Shown here piece by piece: positions 1 to 8,086 of a stretch of DNA of 64,000 nt. Both the position numbers and the translations under genes were made by a program. Under the pieces are notes generated by a model. That model was not told the origin of the DNA. It worked only from the letters and a program-made list of their open reading frames with translations, and ran no database searches. Position 1 is the stretch's first letter; every line of letters starts with the position of its first letter. This DNA is from Promethearchaeota archaeon (GTDB lineage: Archaea; Asgardarchaeota; Lokiarchaeia; Sigyniarchaeales; SOKP01), in assembly GCA_019058445.1 (NCBI GenBank), contig JAHPZA010000006.1:1056001-1120000 (forward strand), in the 5' to 3' direction.

Positions 1-245
1 TCATCTAACGCTTCAATGGAAATAAATTTTTTAGTATTTGAATAAAGGATTGCTTTTGATCCCGCCTTATTTTCATCTTGAGATAATTTAATAAATATAT
101 TTCTCATACTAACCGAATTATTTGTATGATAAGCTAATTCGAACATTTCTCTATGGTTTACGGGAGTATATTCCAGTGTAAATTCCGTTTTGGACCATTG
201 GCTGATAATTGTGTTGTTATATTGGTCTAATAACCGATTTTCCAT
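1..245 (-). CDS. Hypothetical protein, N-terminal part (runs off window start)
   Basis: Hand translation from ATG at 245 is open to the edge: MENRLLDQYNNTIISQWSKTEFTLEY...KKFISIEALD. No motif recognised. Confidence 0.6.
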   Translation of the reverse strand, partial: MENRLLDQYNNTIISQWSKTEFTLEYTPVNHREMFELAYHTNNSVSMRNIFIKLSQDENKAGSKAILYSNTKKFISIEALD

Positions 246-436
246 AATAAAAAACTCTTTTGAAGTGTATTTCTTTACAATATTTTAGAACAGATTTTAA
301 AATTAAGATTGTTGTTGAATAAATTCTAATAATTATTATCTAAACAATAATATTTATACTTTTTAATTATTGTTATTTTTAATTTCATTATTGGAAAGAT
401 GGTAATTATATTTTCATATAAAGTATTATGACATAA

Positions 437-1792
437 CTATAATACAACTTGCTTGTAAGCTTTTTCAAACCGTTCAACTGCAAAAGATACATCTTCTTGC
501 TTAGCTCCAATCGCAGCATTCATCACAATATAGGGTGTTGGGTAATATTTACAACAAGTTCCAAAAATAGATTCGCCAGAACTGTAGACTCTTGGTCCTG
601 TTACTCTTAAATTGTATAAAGCACCTCCAAGTGCGGTTAATTGCTCTTTTTTTAGGTTATCAAGAGAAACTGCTACTGCCACAGGATTAAATATTTCTAA
701 TACTCTTTCATTAATGGTTTTTGCGGTTTCTCTTAATTTTTCTTCTAGAAGGTTACGATTAAATTGTTGCTGTTCAATTAGTTTTTGATATCCATTGATT
801 CCTAAAGATAGCATAGAAATTAAAAAATTGACCACAGGAGTAGCAGATGCTCGACCCGCATATGCCTGACTGATTTTTGTTATCACTTCTTCCCGAGGTG
901 AGGCAATGACTGCACCACCGACTGGTGTGAGGAAATTTTTATCAGTAGATTGAATGATTACATCAACTCTTCCCGCATCTATTGCAGATCGTATTAATTT
1001 CATCCATTCCGGGCTTTGTACTCCGTATGCATTAATTATGATATGCAGGAGTTTTTTGTCTTTGGCAAATTTGCTAATTTCTTTAATATCATCATGTTCC
1101 CGTGGAGGGAAGAAACTGGTTAAAGAGATAATTGCGAAACATTCTGAATCTAAGTTTTCCTTAATATCTTCTATGGGAATCCTTACCGCATCGCCAAATA
1201 CTTTTCCTTCAATTATTTTTGGCGTAAATCCCATTAAAGCAATAGCTTTTAAAAGCGATTTATGGTCTACTTGTGGTACTAATATTTTAGTCTTCTTAGA
1301 GCGAAATTCTGGTTTTAACGCTCCTAAAGATAAGGCTAAAGACATCCCAGTACATAAGGGGATGACTATTACCTTACTAATATTAGGCAATCCAAAGTTT
1401 TTCAGAAAATTTCGAGCTAAATAATTGGTAAGTTCATACATTATGGACCCTCCAGGTGCTTTTGGCTGGGGTGCCGTTAAAAATCCGCTTCTGCCTACTC
1501 CATGACAAAACCCCGCGCTAGTTTTAAGATGTAGTCTAGACGCAATTCGAGCTTCTCTTTCCCCAACTCTACTTGCTTGAGAATCTTTATCAGTGTCCAT
1601 GTTTGAAAGCGTTTGAAGTAAGAATTCAATTTGATCATCGCTCCAAGGTTCTTTAGGAACGTTTTTCTGTTCGAATAAAATCTTTATTGGTTTTAAGAAC
1701 TCATTCAGTACTAACTGCCCTCTTTTGAGCATATTTTCAGGAATTTGAGTTTGACTAAAATAATCTATAATTTTACTATAATCTACCAACAT
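437..1792 (-). CDS. spcS: O-phosphoseryl-tRNA(Sec) selenium transferase (SepSecS)
   Basis: Motifs MDTDKD, GEREAR, HGVGRSG, QPKAPG, QSTDKNFLTPVGG (PLP lysine) and YAGRAS. tRNA-Sec and SelB lie nearby. Confidence 0.96.
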   Translation of the reverse strand: MLVDYSKIIDYFSQTQIPENMLKRGQLVLNEFLKPIKILFEQKNVPKEPWSDDQIEFLLQTLSNMDTDKDSQASRVGEREARIASRLHLKTSAGFCHGVGRSGFLTAPQPKAPGGSIMYELTNYLARNFLKNFGLPNISKVIVIPLCTGMSLALSLGALKPEFRSKKTKILVPQVDHKSLLKAIALMGFTPKIIEGKVFGDAVRIPIEDIKENLDSECFAIISLTSFFPPREHDDIKEISKFAKDKKLLHIIINAYGVQSPEWMKLIRSAIDAGRVDVIIQSTDKNFLTPVGGAVIASPREEVITKISQAYAGRASATPVVNFLISMLSLGINGYQKLIEQQQFNRNLLEEKLRETAKTINERVLEIFNPVAVAVSLDNLKKEQLTALGGALYNLRVTGPRVYSSGESIFGTCCKYYPTPYIVMNAAIGAKQEDVSFAVERFEKAYKQVVL

Positions 1793-1945
1793 ATATCACG
1801 ATATTTAGCGAGTAGTATTCGATAATCTTATTTTATATCAAATACAAATTATAAAGTCTTTATTTTAAATAATTCTTTTACTATTTTTTTAAAAAAATCA
1901 ATTTATATTTTAAATTACCATTGGGAATTAAATATGACAATGCGG

Positions 1946-3658
1946 CTATAGATGTCGTTTTAGCATTGCTCCCTCGTGAAATTGGGTGGCATTTTGATGC
2001 CACGCCACAAGCACACCTTCTTTTATTCTTGGTTTAGGAGGTACAAACTCTTTAAGTCTTTGCGCTATTTCAGATTCATCTAATTTTACATCCACTCTTT
2101 TATTTTTCAAACTTATGGTGATGCTATCCCCATCCTTTACAGCAGCCAATGGACCTCCTACGTACGCTTCAGGAGAGACGTATCCTACATAAAGAGCACC
2201 TTCTGTTGCTCCAGAGAATCTACTGTCTGCTACAACTGCGACATCATTTAGTCCTAAAGCATCAAGCAATAAGACAATTTTAAAGTTTTCAGAAAATCCT
2301 GGACCACCTCTTGGTCCTTGATATCGAATAACCATAACATCTCCGGATTGAACTTTTCCTTGTAAAATCCCCATTAAAGCATTTATTTGAGTATCGAAGC
2401 ATTTGGCAGAACCAGTAAATTCTGCTAATTTGGATCCAACTACAGTATGTCGGAGTAAGCTTCCCTTAGGGGCGAGATTTCCTTTTAATACTACAATGCC
2501 GCCAGTCGGAAATATGGGATCTTCTAAGGATCTGATAATTTGAGAATCTTTAACTTGAACATTATGTAAATTGTCTGATAACTCTACTCCTTTCACGGTA
2601 AGACAATTTAGATTTAGAACTGGTTTAAGTCTTGCCATCAGACTCATAACTCCTCCGGCGTGATGAAAATCCACCATGGAATAAGGTCCACTAGGGCGTA
2701 ATGGACTTATGTAGGGAGTAGTTTCGCTTATTTGTTGAATAGTATCTACAGTGAAATCAATATTCATGCTCTTCGCAAGTGAAAGCAAGTGTAAAATACC
2801 GTTTGTAGAGCCAGAAACTGCCATGATACATCGGAATGCATTAGAAATTGATTGTTTAGTCATAAGTTTCTTCAACTTCAATTTTGACTTTACCATATCC
2901 ATAATAACATGACCAGTCTCTCTTGATTGGCGAATTTTCTCCATATCATTTCCCGGAGTAGTCGAAACACCAGGGAGGCATAGACCCATGGCTTCTGTGG
3001 CTATCATGGTTGTATTTGCTGTAGTAAGTTCTGGACATGCCCCACAACCTGTAATCCAACATGATTCCATGTTATTGATTTCTTCAAAGAATTCCTCCTC
3101 TTTTAATTCGCCAGAAAGTACCATATTGAGCCCTTTTATGATTATGTTAGTAGGAAACACAATTTCAGCGTCGCGCCATTTTCCTGGAGTTGCAGGACCT
3201 CCTAAAAGGAAGATCGTGGGCAAATTTAGTCTTGCGGCACCTAACCACATACCAGGCACAATTTTATCGCATGTACCAATACAAACGAGACCGTCAGCTC
3301 TGTAATTCATCATCTGAATTTCAATTGAATCTGCGATTGCCTCTCTCTGCGGTAAATCATAGAGAAGGGTAATATCATCCGTAGCTGGGCTTTTTGCATA
3401 CCCCGCACAAGGACCAATAACATTAAATTCAATAGGCGTACCGCCTGCCGCATACACACCTTCTTTTACATGTCTCGCAAGCTCTCGCAAATGAACATGA
3501 CCAACACCAGCATCTTGCATAGAATTAGCGATTGCAATTATTGGTTTTTCAAGATCCTTATCTATATATCCAGACGCTTTCCAATAAAATCTATGAGCTT
3601 CGATCTTATTTAATATCTTTTGAGCTTTTGAAATCTGTTCAGATGTAAGTTTAACCAT
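1946..3658 (-). CDS. ilvD: Dihydroxy-acid dehydratase family (IlvD/Edd), divergent
   Basis: CDKIVPG, GSTNGILHL, LKGNLAP, GPRGGPG, DSRFSG and SPEAYVGGPL motifs. Confidence 0.88.
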   Translation of the reverse strand: MVKLTSEQISKAQKILNKIEAHRFYWKASGYIDKDLEKPIIAIANSMQDAGVGHVHLRELARHVKEGVYAAGGTPIEFNVIGPCAGYAKSPATDDITLLYDLPQREAIADSIEIQMMNYRADGLVCIGTCDKIVPGMWLGAARLNLPTIFLLGGPATPGKWRDAEIVFPTNIIIKGLNMVLSGELKEEEFFEEINNMESCWITGCGACPELTTANTTMIATEAMGLCLPGVSTTPGNDMEKIRQSRETGHVIMDMVKSKLKLKKLMTKQSISNAFRCIMAVSGSTNGILHLLSLAKSMNIDFTVDTIQQISETTPYISPLRPSGPYSMVDFHHAGGVMSLMARLKPVLNLNCLTVKGVELSDNLHNVQVKDSQIIRSLEDPIFPTGGIVVLKGNLAPKGSLLRHTVVGSKLAEFTGSAKCFDTQINALMGILQGKVQSGDVMVIRYQGPRGGPGFSENFKIVLLLDALGLNDVAVVADSRFSGATEGALYVGYVSPEAYVGGPLAAVKDGDSITISLKNKRVDVKLDESEIAQRLKEFVPPKPRIKEGVLVAWHQNATQFHEGAMLKRHL

Positions 3659-3759
3659 GATAACATCTTAATCGTATTACTTTAAAAAATTATCGATAAT
3701 GTATCTTATCTTGATTATAAGCTCAAAAATTTCAGATAATCTCTTGAAGGATGAGAAAA

Positions 3760-3917
3760 TGGCGGCCCTCGAGGAGATTTTCAAAATGTAGGGTATTTCC
3801 CAACGATTATCGAACTCCTATCCCTCCGCAGGATAACTGGGTTTGAAGCCCAGCGTCAGAGACCACTTATCGTTGGAGATCGAACCGATCTCAATACAAT
3901 TCCGACCGTCAAGGGCC
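3760..3917 (-). tRNA. selC: tRNA-Sec (UCA) with two non-canonical introns (about 3867-3900 in the D-arm, about 3778-3808 in the T-loop)
   Basis: 9-bp acceptor stem GGCCCTTGA/TCGAGGGCC, G discriminator and encoded CCA. After splicing: 7-bp D-stem with 4-nt loop, anticodon arm GCTGGG-CTTCAAA-CCCAGT, long variable arm, 4-bp T-stem GGAG/CTCC (9/4 fold, 93 nt). Both introns fold as BHB motifs. Confidence 0.93.
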
Positions 3918-3944
3918 ATATTAAATAATAAAATTTAGTGTGTT

Positions 3945-4015
3945 AAAAGAAATTTATGGTTTATTATTCAAATTATACTATTTTATAATCTTCAGTTTCT
4001 TCAGGTTTTTTGCCT
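3945..4015. repeat. 71-bp direct repeat, copy 1
   Basis: Aligns ungapped to 4763-4833 with 7 mismatches. The minus strand encodes GKKPEETEDYKIV*. Confidence 0.9.
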
Positions 4016-4267
4016 AAAATTAGCAGCAGGACTTCTGAAGAGTATTAAAAATCATACTGATTGTTGATATTGTCGTCGCGATTTACTATGGCATGCTATA
4101 TCTGCTGATGCCGGAGCTCTATTATCAAATGAATGATGTTCCTGCGTTTGATCTTCATATGTGGCGGCTTTTCACCATAGGGATTTTTATAGTGATTATT
4201 ATAGAAAATGATAAGTTTTTATCAATAATTGTAAGGTTAAAATATCTTTAAATCTTAAATTTAGTGT

Positions 4268-4723
4268 ATGGAAGAAACCAAAAATTTCACTAAAAAATCA
4301 CAGGAATTACAATATATAATCCTTTCTTTTATCTTTTGGGTAATTGTTGAATATATTACTGTATGGCATGCTAGATTAGCTGAATGGATCTCTTATATGC
4401 CATTTATTCTATTTTTATATTTGGGTATAATTCTAATATTTTACATTTTTATTAAAAAAGATTGGAGCGAAAAAAGACTTTTTATTGTTATGTTGATTGT
4501 AATGTATGTTTTTGAGATTTTTATTTGGTTTAATCCTCTTCTTTTTAATCTTTTTCTTTTTATACCAGGTTCGCTTCTTTTAATTAGTATTTGGGGTTGT
4601 TTAACTTTCATTCCATTATGGATTGTTAATAGAACTTTAAAAGAACATAAATGGCAGGTCATATGTTATTTGTTTTGGATTCTAGTCGCTCTCATAATGA
4701 TAATATTGGTATTGAGTTCTTAA
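4268..4723 (+). CDS. Hypothetical multi-pass membrane protein
   Basis: 151 aa with about 5 hydrophobic segments; lies between the two 71-bp repeats. Confidence 0.75.
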   Translation: MEETKNFTKKSQELQYIILSFIFWVIVEYITVWHARLAEWISYMPFILFLYLGIILIFYIFIKKDWSEKRLFIVMLIVMYVFEIFIWFNPLLFNLFLFIPGSLLLISIWGCLTFIPLWIVNRTLKEHKWQVICYLFWILVALIMIILVLSS

Positions 4724-4762
4724 CAATTTATCGACAATGACAAATTTTTACTAACTATTGAA

Positions 4763-4833
4763 AAAAGAAATATATGGTTTATTATTAAAATTAAACTACT
4801 TTATAATCTTCACTATCTTCTGGTTTTTTGCCT
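4763..4833. repeat. 71-bp direct repeat, copy 2
   Basis: Matches 3945-4015; contains the 3' end of the 49-aa ORF (GKKPEDSEDYKVV*). Confidence 0.9.
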
Positions 4834-4940
4834 TTCTGTGGAAAGATTCGATGCCTTAATTTTTTCCTTTTCTTTAACACTACACCGTATTCAACACTTT
4901 CATTTTCTTTAGATTCCTTTCTCTTTCTCGTGGGGCTCAT
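4791..4940 (-). CDS. Small basic hypothetical protein (49 aa), not in the ORF track
   Basis: MSPTRKRKESKENESVEYGVVLKKRKKLRHRIFPQKGKKPEDSEDYKVV*. Same strand as the upstream Nudix genes; the duplicate of its 3' end differs by synonymous or conservative changes. Confidence 0.6.
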   Translation of the reverse strand: MSPTRKRKESKENESVEYGVVLKKRKKLRHRIFPQKGKKPEDSEDYKVV

Positions 4941-5026
4941 TTGTACTTTTCATCCTTTTTTGATAATTATTTATTATTATACGAGTTTGAATTCAAGGGA
5001 TATTCAATTTTTTTTTTTGAATCAAT

Positions 5027-5707
5027 TTATTGAACAATTTTATCTCTAATGTCATTACATTTAATTCTTCTACATCCGGGCGTCATTAATCCAGCTTTAT
5101 AGACAGAATCGATAAAATTCACTATTATATGGGATGTCGCTCCAAAAATTACGTATTTTTTCTCATTAGGTGCCCGATAATTAAATTTGCCAACACTTAT
5201 TAAATCTTTTTTAATATAATAAGTCCTTTCTCGGTAATTTTTTTTATTTGCAAAAAATGTTATAGGGATTTTTATTATTTCTTTTACTTCTTCATCTTGT
5301 TTGAGCATTGTTTGATTTTGATCAACAACATAGCAAACGACGGGAGTTATGATGAATCCTTTTGGCGTTAAATGATCATCAAGGCAGCCTAATAAATTGA
5401 TTTTCTTTCTTGGAATACCAAGTTCTTCTTCTGTTTCTCTAAATGCAGTATCAATATATGTGTTATCAAATTCAGGATCAACTTTTCCTCCGGGAAAAGA
5501 CATTTCACCAGCATGTTTATCATGTTCTCTCTTTGTTCGTCTAATTAAAACCAGATCATAAGGTTTATCTTTATAGGGGATAATTAAAAAGGCTATAGCT
5601 GAATTTACAAAAGGTTCCTCTCCCATAGTAAGCCTATCTGGAGAATTAAGAGCTTTTAATTTACTTTTTATTAAATATTCATCAAATTTAAAGTTCGAAG
5701 TGTCCAT
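5027..5707 (-). CDS. Nudix hydrolase, CoA pyrophosphatase (NudL/PCD1) family
   Basis: HAGEMSFPGG motif, Nudix box AFRETEEELG, IFGAT. Confidence 0.9.
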   Translation of the reverse strand: MDTSNFKFDEYLIKSKLKALNSPDRLTMGEEPFVNSAIAFLIIPYKDKPYDLVLIRRTKREHDKHAGEMSFPGGKVDPEFDNTYIDTAFRETEEELGIPRKKINLLGCLDDHLTPKGFIITPVVCYVVDQNQTMLKQDEEVKEIIKIPITFFANKKNYRERTYYIKKDLISVGKFNYRAPNEKKYVIFGATSHIIVNFIDSVYKAGLMTPGCRRIKCNDIRDKIVQ

Positions 5708-5714
5708 TTTTTTG

Positions 5715-6425
5715 TTATTTTAATTTATCAGTAATTTGATCTCTATATTTTAAAAAATCTTTCAATTCTTTAATCTCATCTGGATTAAATCTTCTTATTC
5801 CAAGCTTAGACAATTTTAAACCGTACACCAGCTCAATAAAGCTTACAATCAAGTACGCAGTAGCCCCCCAGATCGTATAGGTTTTATTAGAGATTTTATC
5901 CTTATAATTAAAATAAAATACCGGCAGTTTCTTTCCTGCTATATCGAATGTTTGCTCTCTGAACTTCTTTTTATTTATAAAAAAGTCAATGGGCACTTTT
6001 ACAATTGCTTGAACCTCTCTTTGATCTCTTATCATGTCCTGATCTTCTTTAATAATACCGATAAAGGGAGTAATAATGTATTGGCTCATGGTAGGAAAAT
6101 CATGAAGGCACCCCAAAATTTTCACGTTCTCTCTGGGAACCCCAATCTCTTCTTCAGTTTCTCTTAGTGCGGTATCCATTAAGGATTTATCTTTAGGATC
6201 TATTTTTCCTCCTGGAAATGACATCTCACCACGATGTTTTACACCTTTATTAGTTCGATGAATAACAACTAACTCATAGGGTTTATTTTTATAGGGAATT
6301 ATAGTGAATAACACTGCTGAAGGTGTAAAAAACTCATCTTCAATAATAATTCTTTCTGAAGAATCATACGTATAGAGTTTTTTAATGATTAAATCTTCGT
6401 TGAATATTAAGTCTAAATTGTCCAT
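5715..6425 (-). CDS. Nudix hydrolase, CoA pyrophosphatase family (tandem paralogue)
   Basis: HRGEMSFPGG, ALRETEEEIG, IWGATA. Confidence 0.92.
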   Translation of the reverse strand: MDNLDLIFNEDLIIKKLYTYDSSERIIIEDEFFTPSAVLFTIIPYKNKPYELVVIHRTNKGVKHRGEMSFPGGKIDPKDKSLMDTALRETEEEIGVPRENVKILGCLHDFPTMSQYIITPFIGIIKEDQDMIRDQREVQAIVKVPIDFFINKKKFREQTFDIAGKKLPVFYFNYKDKISNKTYTIWGATAYLIVSFIELVYGLKLSKLGIRRFNPDEIKELKDFLKYRDQITDKLK

Positions 6426-6510
6426 TAGCTTTAGAAAAAATTTTAAGATATAAACAATTTTAAAATCACAAATATTCTATTTGTAATAAAATTTTTAGTT
6501 AATTTAGAAA

Positions 6511-6813
6511 ATGAAACTCCCGAAAGAACTTAGAGAGAAAAGAGATTTAAGCGGAACAGCAAGCAAAGCAAAACTTTGTTCTGTAAAAGAATGTGGAAAA
6601 ACCGCTATTCGGTCTCTTAGTGAAAATAAATGGTCGCAGTATGTCGAAAAAGCGAAGTTGAAAGTTGATGAAAATAAAAAACATAAAATATACCTCTGTA
6701 AAGCTCACTATAAAGATGTCAACAAATTAAGAAAATCTGAAGAAAAACTCTATCAGCAAAAGGGATTTCTTGATAATTCTCTTGCCGGCAAAAAAGGAAA
6801 GTGGGATTATTAA
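6511..6813 (+). CDS. Small basic archaeal protein with putative Zn site
   Basis: CSVKEC...LCKAHY (C-x4-C...C-x2-H). Confidence 0.75.
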   Translation: MKLPKELREKRDLSGTASKAKLCSVKECGKTAIRSLSENKWSQYVEKAKLKVDENKKHKIYLCKAHYKDVNKLRKSEEKLYQQKGFLDNSLAGKKGKWDY

Positions 6814-6856
6814 TTACTAATTGCTTTTATATTCAAAATTAGATATAGGCTGATTT

Positions 6857-6982
6857 TTAGTCTATTTGTGCCATTTCTTCATAAAAAGGTTCAAATAGAT
6901 AAATTTGCCCCTCAATTATTCCTATTGTTAATAAACTTAAAGCAACTATGAGAATCATAACAGCTATTAATTTTTTTCTCAT
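6857..6982 (-). CDS. Small single-TM protein (41 aa), not in the ORF track
   Basis: MRKKLIAVMILIVALSLLTIGIIEGQIYLFEPFYEEMAQID*: basic N-terminus plus hydrophobic helix, directly downstream of 7027..7902. Confidence 0.6.
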   Translation of the reverse strand: MRKKLIAVMILIVALSLLTIGIIEGQIYLFEPFYEEMAQID

Positions 6983-7026
6983 CGTTATCAAATTGTAAAA
7001 TTATAGAATACAAATAAAATTATTCT

Positions 7027-7902
7027 TTATTTTTTCTTCTTTTTTGTTAAGTTTTCTAGAGTCTTTATTTTACTTTCTAATTTATTAAGTTTTAGTTCAA
7101 AATCACTGTCTTTTTCCTTATATTCTTCTTCAGTAATTTCTTTTGAAGAGAACCTGGCTTTATTAAATTTTCTTTCAGTATTCATCTCAACTTTTTCCTC
7201 TATTAAATCATCAATCCATAATTGTATGCCAGCGATTAGTTCTGCTTTTTCCTCTATGAAAGTTTCAAGTTGGTTTTTATATTTCTCTTTTAACTTTTTT
7301 ACAACTTCCTTATCTTTGATTTTTTTTAATTTATGCTCCCTCATCAAATTTTTCAATTGGTCTCGCTTTGTGTCAATATCGTAATCTAATTTTTCTACGA
7401 TAAATTTATCAGTCATTTTATCTTTCACAGCATCACCTTGTTGCTTTAAATCATCCATAACACTTTTGACCGCCTTTAATTGAACATCAATTTTTTCGCC
7501 GAACTCAAAATCCGTTTCGTATCTTGAACTTTTTAATTGCTTTTGTAAATCATTCAATTTATCAGCTAAAGTTACTTTTTTTAAACGTATATCATTAAGT
7601 TCCAAATAATATTCTATTTGTTGTTTCACCTCATCTGGGAGCGGCTTAGCTTCTACAACCTTATCCTCTTCTACTTCTAATTCATCATCTTCGATTGGTT
7701 CTGGTTCTATTTTTTCCTCTTTTAGTTTCTCTTTTTTATTTTTCTTAGGTTCGGATTTTGCTTCAGGTTGCATTTCAATACTTGGTTGTTCGACCTTTTT
7801 TTCGGTTTTTGGGAGGCTAGAAAGTCGCGGTTTTCCACAGTGTATACAAAATTTATCCGACTCTTTTACAGGTTTACCACAATACACACAAAATTTAGTC
7901 AT
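7027..7902 (-). CDS. Zinc-ribbon plus coiled-coil protein
   Basis: N-terminal CxxC-x10-CxxC, charged linker, long heptad-rich helices. Confidence 0.8.
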   Translation of the reverse strand: MTKFCVYCGKPVKESDKFCIHCGKPRLSSLPKTEKKVEQPSIEMQPEAKSEPKKNKKEKLKEEKIEPEPIEDDELEVEEDKVVEAKPLPDEVKQQIEYYLELNDIRLKKVTLADKLNDLQKQLKSSRYETDFEFGEKIDVQLKAVKSVMDDLKQQGDAVKDKMTDKFIVEKLDYDIDTKRDQLKNLMREHKLKKIKDKEVVKKLKEKYKNQLETFIEEKAELIAGIQLWIDDLIEEKVEMNTERKFNKARFSSKEITEEEYKEKDSDFELKLNKLESKIKTLENLTKKKKK

Positions 7903-8086
7903 AATAATTCACATTCAGTATTTTTTCAGTTTTTAGTTATATTATGATCAAAATAATAATAAATTATATTAAATTTACTGGAGTTCAGTTTTTGATATTG
8001 ATTTTTCTTGAGTTAAAATTTTTAATTTTGAAATAATATCTTAACACAATTTAATTTGATTGCAAGTTTTTTCAAGATTTTAAATC

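Noticed and set aside
1-245. Partial ORF downstream of SepSecS as PSTK
   Set aside because: No N-terminal P-loop (GxPxxGKS/T) in the 81 visible codons.
4021-4180. GC-richer stretch as an ncRNA or small gene
   Set aside because: Only very short frames (about 20 codons) and no recognisable fold; treated as part of the insertion scar.
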